A stretch of DNA of 62,817 nt, counting the filler, from Aduncisulcus paluster (lineage: Eukaryota), in the NCBI GenBank assembly GCA_024181965.1. It is 7 parts of 7 records of this genome, joined end to end, with 100 filler letters (N's around TTAATTAATTAA, not from the genome) between each part and the next. Parts side by side here need not be neighbours in the genome. Positions count along the whole stretch, not along the records: positions 33,705 to 38,324 come from BQXS01011144.1; positions 38,425 to 49,231 come from BQXS01011145.1; 5 more parts are not named here. One strand, written 5' to 3'. The notes under the pieces were generated by a model. The model was not told the DNA's origin. It searched no databases and saw nothing but the letters and a program-made list of their open reading frames with translations. Every line of letters starts with the position of its first letter. Within the stretch, counting starts at the first letter, position 1. The position numbers and the translations under genes were made by a program. Shown piece by piece: positions 34,269 to 46,648 of the stretch.

Positions 34269-36731
34269 ATGTTACATGGTAAGCAGTGGTTTGCTACTTT
34301 GGATTTGAAGAACGGTTATTACGCTTGTGAAGTGGCACCTGAGAGTCGTCCGTTGACTGCGTTTTGTACACCATTTGGCCTTTATCAGTGGAAACGAATG
34401 CCATTTGGACTCAAAGTGGCTCCTGCTTATTTTCAACGTATGATGTTTTCCATATTAGGTGATCTTAAACCTCGAGGAGTTGTGGTTTACTTAGATGACA
34501 TCTTGATTACAGGAAGAACTCGACAGGAGTTAATCGAGAACACTCGCCTGGTTTTGACTCGGTTGAAGAAGTATAATTTGGTACTTAACGGAGCAAAATC
34601 TGAAATTGGATTACAACAGATTCGTTTCCTGGGATTTGAATTCTCAGCAACTGGAAGAAAGATTGCTAGGGATCGAGTTGAAGCTATTCAAGAGATGGAT
34701 CGTCCAACGGATAAGAAAGGGATACGTCGATTCCTGGGCATTTGTAATTATGTTCGGGATTTTCTCCCGAATTTGGCTGAATTAACAGCTCCATTACACG
34801 AGTTGACGAGGAAGGGATGTGAATTTGAATGGACAATGGTGCATGAACAGAGTTTTAGGAAGTTAAAGGAAGCGATTGCTAATAAGACAGTCTTGGCACA
34901 TTATGATAGGAAAGCGGAGTTGTATTTGGCAACTGATGCATCGGATATTGGGCTAGGAGCAGTATTACAACAACAAGTGGATACACAGCCCAAGGAGATA
35001 TTATTGTTTATTAGTAAGAAGTTCACGGATGTGGAGAAACGCTGGAGTACTGTAGAGCAAGAGGCGTTTGCAGTATATTATGCTATTAGAAAATTGGAAC
35101 ATTATTTGCTTGGTCGGCCTTTTGTTGTTCAGACTGACCACAGAAATCTTTTGTATTTGCATCGAGCTCCGTCTGCAAAAGTAATGAGATGGAAGATGTA
35201 TCTCACTCAGTTTGACTTCACTATCATGCATATTCCGGGAAGAGATAATGTAATCCCCGATGCGCTTTCAAGAAACTTCGATACCACTGAAGTGGAGTGT
35301 GTAGCACAAGTAGAAGAAGTGCATTTGGAAGGTTTTGAGCAATTATTATTTGCAGCACAAGGAAAGGTAGGGGAATTGGAAAGTTCGGAAGATGGCTGGT
35401 TTTTGCTATCACCAGAAAAGAAGGATGAGACACTGGAGTTGATTAAGTGGTTGCATGAAAGAAATGATTGTCATGATGGAGTGAGACAATTGTTACAAAC
35501 CTTAAAAGAAAAGAAAGTTAAGGGAAAACGACTGAACGAGATGGTTCGGGAAGTGGTAAGGAAATGTCCTATCTGTGCAAAACAACGAGAACAAGTGGAA
35601 GTTCAGATCGCTGGAACTTTGGCCAGTTTTAAACCTTTGGAGGCGATATCTATGGATACAATGGGACCCTTTGAATCAACAGAGGAAGGTTATAGGGATT
35701 TGTTAGTTATGATTGATGACTTTACTCGTTTTGTGGTATTAGCACCCTTGAAAACTGTATCTGCGAAAGAAACAATGGAGGCTTTTATTGCAAAATGGAT
35801 GGCGTACTTTGGTGCTCCCGCCCAAGTTCGAACTGATGGTGGAAGACAATTTGATAATTCGCTCTTTAAAGAGTTCTTTGCGAAACTGAAAGTCACTCAT
35901 TTAGTATCGTCACCCCATCATCATGAAGGAAACGGCATCGTTGAACGCATGAATAGAGAAGTATTGAAACAATTGAGGCTCAACCATCTAACATCGCCTG
36001 ATTGTAGCTGGTTTGTAGGAGTTCCTATTATAATGGAAACGTTAAACAGACGGATTCACTCTGTTTTAAAAGAATCTCCAAAACAGATTTTGTTTGGTCC
36101 TCGCGAAACAATACCCATGGAGGAGGTAGAAATTGATTCGCAGGCATTAACTTTGGAGGATTTTAAGATGTTAGCTGAGGAATACAACCTCACGGTCCAA
36201 TTGATTAGAGAGGCTGCGGTAGAGGAACAAGAATTAGTCGAATTTGAGAAAGATCAAAGACCTCGAGAGATTCTAGATGTAGGAACGAAAGTGTGGAAGG
36301 TTCCATTGAAACGTACAAAGTTAGAACCCCGTTTACTTGGTCCTTTTAAAGTTGTTGAAAAAGTTTCGGAGTTCCAATACGGAGTCGAGACGTTGGATGG
36401 ACGAGATCGGCAGGATGTCCATGTCTCCAGATTACGACGATGTGACGTGACTGGAACCGAGGATGAATTATTGGCTTTGCAGGCAACAGATACAGAAGAT
36501 TACGTTGTAGAAGCCATCCTAGGTCATGGTATCAATGATTCGAACGAATTAGTATTTCAGGTGAAATGGTTTCAATACCCGGATGCGGAAAATACCTGGG
36601 AGACTATTCAAACCATCTACCGTACTGAAGCGATCATGAAATATCTTCGTGATACTCCAGAAGCTGTTCGTTTACTGGAGTCTCGGTTATCTCCCCAGGA
36701 AAGGGAAGTGTTTGGTCTTAATGACTTATAA
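34269..36731 (+). mobile_element. pol: Ty3/gypsy chromovirus-type pol (RT-RNaseH-integrase-chromodomain), 5' truncated
   Basis: RT: LDLKNGYY, MPFGLK, YLDD. RNase H: TDAS, TDH, DALSR. Integrase: HHCC zinc finger, D-D-E (SMDTMGP, RTDGG, VERMNR), GPF motif. Chromodomain: YVVEAIL...VKWFQY...NTWE. Confidence 0.95.
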
Positions 36732-36773
36732 TTGCTTTTATTAACAATATTATATTATTAATAATGGTTAATT

Positions 36774-36849
36774 TGTATTATTATAATGATTATAATACTA
36801 CAGTGGGACTGTAGTATAGAAAAGATGACTTGACAAGGAATCAAGTCAT
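36774..36849. repeat. Cluster of inverted repeats between two convergent retroelements
   Basis: 29-bp TG..CA near-palindrome 36774-36802 (1 mismatch). ATACTACAGT-ggg-ACTGTAGTAT 36795-36817. ATGACTTGA-7nt-TCAAGTCAT 36825-36849. Confidence 0.85.
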
Positions 36850-36906
36850 ATGATTGAATAAGTTAATCGAAATGAGTAAATTTGACCCAAGGAATTAAAC
36901 TTTTTA

Positions 36907-38324
36907 TTATTTTAACCAACAAAAGAACTTTATCGGCAGTTTGCCTCCAAATCTATGTTTTATGATTTTTTCAACCACATATTCAGTCTCATCCTTCCCA
37001 TTGATCAGGATTTCTTCTTCAACTGAGACAACGGGGTCTGAAATGTATTTAACCATTCTCCTTACTGGGACATCCTCCGAATCTCCCCCTTTTATGGGTT
37101 TTACCCTATATAAATGGTCTGTTATCCTTTCGACAACCAAATAAGGTCCTAATAGTTTGCCTTGTTCCTTTTTTCCTTCTCTTTTCCTTCTTAATAAGAT
37201 CTTTTCATCCTTCTCGAATTTTTCAGGCTCTTTAGCGGTAAATTCCTTTTTATCATCATGAGAACTAATTTTTTCATCTATTATCGTTTTTTCTATTTCC
37301 TTTTCCACGATTTCTTCAACTAATGGGTTCTTATCCTCTCCCAAAACCTCAGCTTCTCTTAAGAACATTGCATAAAAGGGCTGAGCATCGAATTGTGAGC
37401 TGTACCGTCTGTTAAGAGTCTCCATGGCATAATCACTGAATTCTCGTAAGTTCTTTTCTTTAGACATGTTCCATATCCGTTGGAGCTTTCTTATCTCTCT
37501 GTTGAATCTCTCAACTCGCCCATTTTGTTCATGATTGTCTGCTATTGTGATCTTATGTGTGATTTTCCTTTCTTTTAACATTTCTTCGGTTCTGGCCGCA
37601 ATAAATTGACCTCCCCCATCAGATCTGAGAATTAAAGGGTTCCCAAATATGGTGAAGTAGTGTCTCAGCTCAGGGATCGTTTCATCCGCCGAACCCGTCC
37701 TTAAAGGTGTGATTATGATAAATCTTGTGAAATCATCTACAATTACCAGCAGATATTTGTAGCCTTCATCATCCATGTCACATGGACCAATTGTATCTAC
37801 TGAAATACTGTGCCATGTTCTAGGGGCACGTAGAGTCCCGTGGTATCCTGCGAAGTATCCTCGACTCCCACGTTATAATATCCTGACTTGAGGTCGATTG
37901 CTGCAAAATAGATATACCCCTCTAAAGCTCTAAATAACTCATCCGGGCTCGGGGTTGCATAAGATTCATTGATGGTGACCGCGTTTAGTCTCCGATAATC
38001 TATGCAGAGCCGCATTTCTCCCGATTTCTTGTATTGAATTGATAGAGGTGCCGAATATCCGCTTTTTCCTCTCTTAATAAATCCTTTGCTCAATAATGTC
38101 CTTAATTTCCCCGATACTTCATCCTGTAGGTGTATCGGCACTGGGCGGGGCTTTATGTTGACTGGTTTTGAATCTTTTTCCAGTCTAAGTCTGAATTTCT
38201 GTACTTTAGCGGGTAATGTTCTATCTATTCGCTCTTCATACTCCTTAACAATTTCCGTTACATCTCTTCTCATTTCTTTTATGTTACACCTTATTTCCCT
38301 TTCTAAATTGTCATATTTTCCTTT
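36907..38324 (-). pseudogene. pol: Second, internally deleted Ty3/gypsy chromovirus pol
   Basis: RT N-terminus (MRLCIDYRRLN, IDLKSGYY) is fused out of frame at about 37840 to the integrase core (SISVDTIGP, RSDGG, VERFNR, LGPY). Chromodomain stops early (YVVEKIIKH...FCWLK*). Confidence 0.88.
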
Positions 38325-38424
38325 NNNNNNNNNNNNNNNNNNNNNNNNNNNNNNNNNNNNNNNNNNNNTTAATTAATTAANNNNNNNNNNNNNNNNNNNN
38401 NNNNNNNNNNNNNNNNNNNNNNNN

Positions 38425-38989
38425 GCTCGAAAGAGGACTCGTCAACACGGTAGGATGTGGTGAGATGGACAAATGTCGACATGATGTCCTGCTTAACACG
38501 GGTTTGTTCAAGCGGACTCGTATGGGGCGACGAGAGAAGGAGGAAGAGAAGGCGAAGATGGAAAGATTGGGGGAAATTGGAGGAGAATAGAAGCATCAGC
38601 TCAATGTATTCGTTGAACAACGCAGTGTCTTCCATTTGAAGGGATTTGACAAGCGAGTCAAAGAAGAAGACATTGCTGGAAAAGGGAGTTATCATGGAAC
38701 AGATGTATTCAAGAAGCTCGAAGATAAGCGGTACAGAAACACTCCTCGCAAAACAGAATTCAAACGCCTTTGTGAGAATGTCATCAAGACTATCCGGGGA
38801 TAACGTGACCTCGGACAAACGAGAAAGTAGAGATTGGATGGCTTGGTCAGGCGTGGATTCTTTGATGAGTTTCGAGAAATCGATTGGATCAGAGGACTGT
38901 GGTTCTTCTTTATCCTGCTCCCAAGGGTTTTCAGAAATCAAACAGTCCATCGACCCAAGCGTGGAAAAAGAGAAAAGATCCGCATGCAT
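38425..38989 (-). CDS. Hypothetical protein fragment (3' truncated; start uncertain)
   Basis: About 190 open codons running into the linker, helical-looking composition, no motif. Confidence 0.45.
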
Positions 38990-39260
38990 GACAGAAGAAC
39001 AGATTTAACGGGGAATATCGATGAGATGAAAAATAAAATGAAAAGGATAAAGCAAAATTGATCTTGGTCAACGGCGGAGTTGGAACGAAATGGGGGAAAG
39101 AAGCTGTACAGTGCCATCACGAAATTCTCTGTTTGTGTCTGGTGGGATTGAAGTATGTCAATATAAATGATTCCATGAAACGCGTATTAAAACGTGCAGA
39201 AAAATATGGTCGCATGAGATAGGGGCAATCCATCAAGTGCACCCACATGTAGCCAATAAA

Positions 39261-42200
39261 ATGCACCAGGATAGCGGAAATATTCTTTCACAACTTGTAT
39301 AATACTTATATCTTATTTGATATTTACTCTCCTTCTTTTCAATTAAGGTGGAGTCTGTATTTGAAATTAATTCAACTCTTTTGAACGTATCAGGACTTAT
39401 GTCTGATTTTCCGGATCATCTCAGTGATTTGCTTGTAAAAAAGCTTGAAACTGGGATCAAATACCGACGATTTTATGAGAACATGAGTATATTACACGAC
39501 TTTATGTCAATCGATTTCGGTACGCCCGCTGATTATTTAGATTTTGAAAATAGTGATGATCCTGATGATTCATGTTCCGATTCTACTGCTTTTAATGAAT
39601 ATAGAAGCGATTCTCATTCTGTATCTGTTGTATCAGAGATTTTTCCAACTCACCCATTATCACTTACATTAAAAGTCCAACAAAGGGTTAAACAAACGTG
39701 TAAAGATAAATATTATACATCTCCATCATCTATTATTGGAAATATGGCTCAATCCACCGACAATGATTATGATTTGTCTGGGTTTATTTCTCCCAGTCAG
39801 TCTACGAGCCGTATATTCTCTCGATCATCATTTTTACCAAATTATCGTTTTAATATATATTTTGAAAACAAATTCTTTCAGGTTGCTCGTCTCATTGTGA
39901 AGTTGCACCAAATTAAGCATTCTTTGATGAAAGTCCGTCAAAAGATAGATATCAATCCAATTCCTCCTGCTCTCTTGTCATTTTGTGTGAATTATGATAA
40001 TCCAAAGCCCACTTTGGTTGAGGAAGAGGATAATCAAGATATCGTTGATCTTGCCGATCAATTGAGCTCCTTGTCGAATGCCCATTTTTCTGAATTCCTA
40101 CGACATATATATGGGAAGTATTGTGGATTTTTGACCGATGCCAACTTTCTTGTGTATAATCCTTCAGTTCCACCCCTCATTTCACCTTATGTTAAAGCTC
40201 CTCGTGCATTCGCTCTTCTCACCGCTTCTACGTGCGGATTATCATACGAACAGTGTAAAAGAGAGCAACCTGAGCTCTGTCAAGTATATACAGGTGTTTG
40301 GTTCGAAAGACCCTTACCTTCAACACCGATTGTCAATTCCCCTGGAAGTAACAACATGAATGGCCTGATCAATGAGCAAAATCAATCGGACCAGGATCAG
40401 CCCAATCTTTCGGGGGATTATTGTGTTCCCCGTCAGACTACCTTTAGTTTGTTTTCCCACCATCTCGATGGAGTTTGGAGCCAGCCAACGCATCATTCTT
40501 ACGTCCCTGTGAGTGGTCAACTTCTTTCCACGGGGATTAAAAAGCGTTACAATGTGTATCTCGGTGACCAGCATATGTATGATCGTCCAGGACAAGATGG
40601 TGTCACTGAAGTCGAACCCATGATTGCTCTACGGGATCAAGCCAAAAAATCACTCCCTGAGCCTATATCCATTCCAAAGGGTGAAACAGTGATAGAACCG
40701 AACAGTAAGATTGCCGAGGATGAAAGTGAGAGTGAAGCTGAGGATGAGATGAGTGATGAACTCCTTGTGGAAGTATTGGAACGTCTTGGATCCGTAGGCC
40801 TCATCTCCTTTGCCAATATTCACAATTTCACTAATCCCTCAATAGTTCACAGGTGGCGTGAATTGAAATTTAATACCATAGAGGCTACCAGATTCTGTCA
40901 TGGAGTGGAGATTCGTTCTGAAGATGATGATGAGTCTGATTCACTCAACAACCAGTTCCTTGAGTTCGAAGACGCTTTACAAACCATGCATGCCATTGGA
41001 TTCGATGCTGCTGCCCTTGTTACACCCCACCCGCTCCTATATGGTGATATTTCCACTGCTCCCTCATTTTCTCCTTCCACTGGCACAAAACTCACCCCAG
41101 ACGGGGATGCATTTGAACTGATCGAGGGTGTATCTTTTCGCAAAGAAGAAGAGGAGGTAGAGGGGGAGAAGAAGATGGGAACTACCGATCAGACAACCGA
41201 TCTTTCGAAGAAGCTCGGTGATGACAAAACTATTGCATCTTCCTCCATAGATAATGTTATTTCCAGTGAGAAAGTCAATGATATTCAACCAGGTGAGAAA
41301 GTCAATGATATTCGACCTTTTTCGAAATCGTTGGTACCTATTCCACCCTCCTCTCCACTCAAGAAGTATGGTATCCCAAATAGGTACGGAATTCGCAGTC
41401 GATACACAAAGGATGAGCCCATGCATGTGTCATTGCATATTTTGGCCCCTCCTCAACCGTTAGCGACCGGTTTTGGACGGGAAGCTATCTGTGGTGGATC
41501 TTTTTCTTCTGCTCTTCATCGCCTTGCGGTTGAGATTTCTACATGTATATATGCTGAAGCTAGAAGCACCGTGTCGAATAAGCATTTTAAAACACTTCCG
41601 AACCTACGATATCGTGATGTTACCTCCTCTTCTTCTTCGGCCTCGTCATCTTCTTCTGCATCATCTGTTCTAAATTCCCAAGAAATGGGTGTAATCACAA
41701 ATATACAATCCATTACTGGTGAATATCTGCCCTCCTCCTCTTCCTCCTCTTCCTCCTCCTCTTCTTTCCTCCTCCTCCTCCTCTTCCTCTTCTTCTTCCT
41801 CTTCTTCCTCCTCCACTTCAGATCTTTCCCTCTCTTCTTCTTCAGTGGCCCTTCCAGCCTTTTGTCGTCTTATCATCCTCATGTGCGATTCCAATGCTTC
41901 TAATGTCATATCGAGGGCTAGGCATATGTTATCCAGACGACCACAGCAATCGTATTATTTGGAATCGTCTCCGCCACAGAACTCTCACACGTGTTACTGG
42001 TACGATTACTCCAATCTTGGCGTACCAATGGTGACCCAAGAAGACATCATTGTCAGCGAAGAAGAAGAAGAAGAGGGGGAGACCTGCCAGAGGGAAAGAT
42101 GAGAAGCCATCACATCGTACTCTATTCATAAGCGAAGATAAAATTGTTCCCAAGAGTCCATTTGGATCTGATATATCGGTTATTTCTAGTGTTTCTGATG

Positions 42201-45200
42201 AAAAAGAAGAGGAAGAGAAGAAAGAAGAGAGTAAGAACAATGATACAAATATATTACACAACCCGCCCCATCGTGAACTATTTAAAATGCGTCCATCCTC
42301 AACCTTTCTTCTGCACCCACATTCATATGGACACTCATCTGTGTTCTATGACCCTTCCTTCATGTGCACTGATCTGTGCCACGTCTGTCNNNNNNNNNNN
42401 NNNNNNNNNGAAGATAAAATTGTTCCCAAGAGTCCATTTGGATCTGATATATCGGTTATTTCTAGTGTTTCTGATGAAAAAGAAGAGGAAGAGAAGAAAG
42501 AAGAGAGTAAGAACAATGATACAAATATATTACACAACCCGCCCCATCGTGAACTATTTAAAATGCGTCCATCCTCAACCTTTCTTCTGCACCCACATTC
42601 ATATGGACACTCATCTGTGTTCTATGACCCTTCCTTCATGTGCACTGATCTGTGCCACGTCTGTCACTCTTTTCTCTGTCGTCTACACCCTCCAAGGTGG
42701 TATGATGTGGTCACAGTAACGTTTGGAAAGGATTGGGATGGGAGGGTTGGAAGATCTGGAGTGAGATGGAGATCCAACGCTGATGTCATGAGAAATGTTC
42801 CACAGACCTCAAATTCCTCGGATTGTCTCTGGTGCTGGGAAGAACAAGGAATGTGGGGGGATGGAACAGTGGAGAGAAGAGGGAAAATCAAGAAGAAAAT
42901 GAAGGATATTCTCAGAAAACATCGCCATATTCACTCAAGAATGGATACAAGAGAACGTTTGGATGCGATATCTTTAGACATTGAGAAAGAGTGGCATCTT
43001 GCCGTCAAAGAATGGAATTGGATTGAGCGTGCTGATGTGTGTGAAAACTTTGTCAATTCAAAAACCATCAGAGATTCGTATAATCGCGGTATTATTAGTA
43101 CTCAACAGTCACATTCTGTCCATCCTGAAGGTTATTCACGCCGGAGTAGAGCTATTATACATGCTGGAAAGCTATTACAATCTCCAGATATCATGTCTAA
43201 CTCCTCTAATTCATCTCCCATACAAGAAAATCCATCAGCGGTCAACGATTCTCTGCTGTCAATCTTCCACACGTCCCCCAGTGGCGATGTATCTGTCATC
43301 TCCCCGAGATCTTCTGGGCCTGTTTCAAATCCCTCACCACCACAATCAACCACACCCATCTGTTCCACCTTGAATGGACAGTCTCTCGCGATGGATATGC
43401 TCACATCCCCTGATGATACCTCTGTCGAGTTCATGGGCACTGAACGGATCTCTGAGAGGAAGCCAGACATGTTCATTAATCCTCGGCCAATTACTCCACC
43501 TAGCCAGACAGACACGAAAGGGAAAGAAGGTGAATCAGTTCCTGTGGCGACCAATGGTTTCTCTCGCAATGGGGCGCACTCTCATCAAAACATTAGTGGA
43601 ACAAAGCGGAGAGAAGACGAGGAGAAAGAAGAGATGGACAGGAGGTTTGTACTCAGAGATATGTATCTTCTTAACAGTAACGTAGATCTTGTCTTAATTA
43701 GGAATGCTTTTCGAGATGAAATTGCCAATTTTTGGGTTCAAAGTAATCTCAATTATTCTCCTCCTCCTCACTCTATATCTTCTCCCAGCTCCTATGACCA
43801 TCCAGTGGATGGGAAGGCAAAACCGACTTCATTCAGACCAAAAGATGCTGTTTCTGGTGATGTTTCTGACGCTGTTCCTACACACCCACACAGCTTATCT
43901 GATAACCATGGGAGTGTCAACAAACACTCGTCCCATTCCTCAGAAGCCAGGGAGAGAGATGAGGCTGATGATTTCTTTAACATGTGGTCCATTGGAGAGA
44001 GTGAACATTCTTCTGGGTTTCATCAGAGCGTAGGGAGTAGTAAGTTTGCGAAGAGTTCATCCATTGCTAAAGGTTCTAACGAGTCGCACGAAAGTTCAGT
44101 ATGTGCTAAAGATGAGGAAGACGCCGAAGAAATATCAAGCTCAAGCTCATCGTTTATGCTTATTATGGATAAGAGTGAGGAACAGGAAGGTTCTCCAATA
44201 TCTAAAAATAGAATGGATTCATCGACTCTCTTTGGCGCAATTAAGAAAGAAGAAGGAGAAAAGCCTCTTGATCAAGCATCAACACAACTTCAAGTAGAGT
44301 CCAAGGATATTCTTGGGAGGACTTTAACGACAGAAGAGGATATTATGGCCAAAATTAACAAGGAAAGGATGCAACAAATGTTTGAATCTCTCTTCCCCGC
44401 ATCATTATCAATCCCCTCACCTCCAAAATGTCCCTTGACGTCTTCTCTTTCACCTCTTGATTCAATATCCAATAACCGTTCGTCTCCCTCTTCTTCCTCC
44501 TCCTCTTCCTCCTCTTCCTCCTCTTCCTCGATTCCCTCTCTTGATGCCTCGACTCTTCTTCTCCTTTCCTCTGCATTATCTGCATCGAATGGAGACGTGC
44601 AGTACTGCTCTATTCTATGTGGTATTACAGAGGACATGGTTATAAACATCTGTGAAAGGATACTGAATGTAAAACGACGTCCTTTTCTCCACCAATCCCC
44701 TGTGGAACCTCTTGTCTCGATGGGTTCCTTCACTGCAGATGAGATATACCAGACATGGATGGAGATCGTTCAAGAGGATGAGGCATCAGTGAAAGAAAAT
44801 CCCACGGCATCGAGATGGCAATCGATTGTCAACCCATCTATTGCTGAGAGTCCAATATCAAGATCCACCCAAAGAGATGATGATGATGATCTGTATGATG
44901 AAGACAGAAAGCTTTCAAAGAAGGCGAGGAAAAGGAGACATCGCGGGAAATGGGATCTTGATGAGGGTAGATCGAGGAAGAAACGGAAGAGAAGTAATCG
45001 TCTAGCTGGCTTACATGGAGGTCATTTCATATCTACTTCCCCTTCTTCTTCTTCTTCTTCTTCTTCTTCTTCTTCTTCTTCTTCTTCTTCTTCCCCTTCT
45101 TCTTCTGTCATTCTCGGTATTGGATCGAACAATTCTATTCTGAACAGTGTGTATAATCCCCTTACTGGACCTCCATGGTGGTGTTCGAAGTGTAGGTCCA

Positions 45201-46270
45201 GGATGAAATATCTCTCGGATGATCGAGATAGATCAATGGAAACGAAGAAAGCGAGGAAACTAAATAATAATTCGAAAAAAAATAGAGGAATCGATCCGAT
45301 ATCAAATAGTATTAATTTTGAGAATAATGAATATATTGTTGGATCGAGCCGGGATAACAAGAAGCTGACCAACGAATCACCTTACAACATTACATTCTTC
45401 TTGAAACATCTCAAAATAGGTCAGTTTTTATCTATTTGTACGCATATGAGGTTCGGAGAGACCTGTTTCCATCCTGGGTTACCGTGTAAGGCTCCATATT
45501 GTGACTGTGTGAGACAAATGAAGCTGTGTTCAAAATGGTGCGGATGTTGGTCACAAGAAATGTCATGTACGAATATGCAATACGGGTGTGTGTGTGGCGG
45601 TGCGGAGGATTTGACTTTCCATCGAAATCTATTCAAGTTTGACTATAAGACTCTGTCTTTCAACATTAAGCCTAAATCATCTTCCGCAAAATGTAGCGGT
45701 TCTCACTGTTCCTGTCGTTCAGGAGCATCAACTTGTCGATGTTCCCTTGACACGTGTCCAGGGTGTTCTTCATGTCAGTACTCTGAGATTGTTCATTCCC
45801 ATCCACTCACTTTGGTTGGAAGGAGTTCAATTCACGGCTATGGTCTCTTCTCAGGGTCCAAGGTGCACAAAGGTGCTGAGTTGTGTGAGTACACTGGGGA
45901 ACTCGTTAGTTATGACGAAGGAAATCAACGTGGAGAAACGTATGATCGTAGAGCGTGTACATATTTATTCGGGGTTGGCGATGACTATACCATTGATGCC
46001 TTCCAACTGGGGAATAAGGCAAGATTCTCAAATTCAGAGTCAAAGAATCCAAATGCAGAATCTGCCCTTGAAATGGTCGAGGGAACCAAACATGTTTGTC
46101 TCAGGGCTACAAATAATATAAAGGTCGGAGAAGAAATCCTATTTGATTATAAATTTGATAAAGAATTTTTGTCAAAGCATAGTATTATCAACAAAAAGGT
46201 TGTGGATAGGAAAACAGCTGAGCCAGAAAAGAAGAAAAAGAAGAAGTCGAGATCAAAACGTGACGAATAA
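39261..46270 (+). CDS. EZH2: Enhancer of zeste E(z)/EZH2-like histone methyltransferase, about 2200 aa, interrupted by two frameshifts and a gap duplication
   Basis: MCSS-like SFMCTDLCHVCHSFLCRLHP, CXC domain CFHPGLPC..YCDC....LCSKWCGC, SET domain GYGLF..EYTGELVSYDEGNQRGETYD...YLF...IDA..LGNKARF.N...NPN...GEEILFDY. Putative exon 39261-39296 and intron 39297-39347; otherwise the start is ATG 39399. The SET/CXC call is strong, while joining to ORF 39348-41903 is inferred. Confidence 0.8.
42134..42665. other. Assembly artefact: duplicated flanks around 20-N gap (42390-42409)
   Basis: Direct repeat at offset 276 duplicates EDKIVPK...DLCHVC. Confidence 0.9.
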
Positions 46271-46648
46271 ATTTCAATATTAATAATTGAATATTATTTG
46301 TCTCCTTCGATATTGAAGCTTGGGTCCATTATCAATATTTTTATCGAAGACTCTCATAGAAATAGACAAATTAGAATATATAACAACTTTAATTGCGAAT
46401 ATAATGCGGAATTATATTGCATAATAAAAATAAAAGTGTACGATTGGCGGAGAAAAGTCAATATTGAAAAATATGGTAAAATAGTGATATGAAGAAGAAA
46501 TCAAAAGACATACTTTGTTCCAAATAATTTGTAAAAATTAGATCATAATTGTCTATAAACCTAATTTGAAGTAAATCATCGTCAGTTTTGATTTGACGAT
46601 TTCTTGGCATCTTAAAAACTTCAGTTTTTTATTTTCGGTTAAAATAAG

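Noticed and set aside
36907-37776. Polinton/virophage-type integrase with chromodomain
   Set aside because: It is directly fused to a gypsy RT fragment and collinear with the neighbouring pol. No viral genes are nearby.
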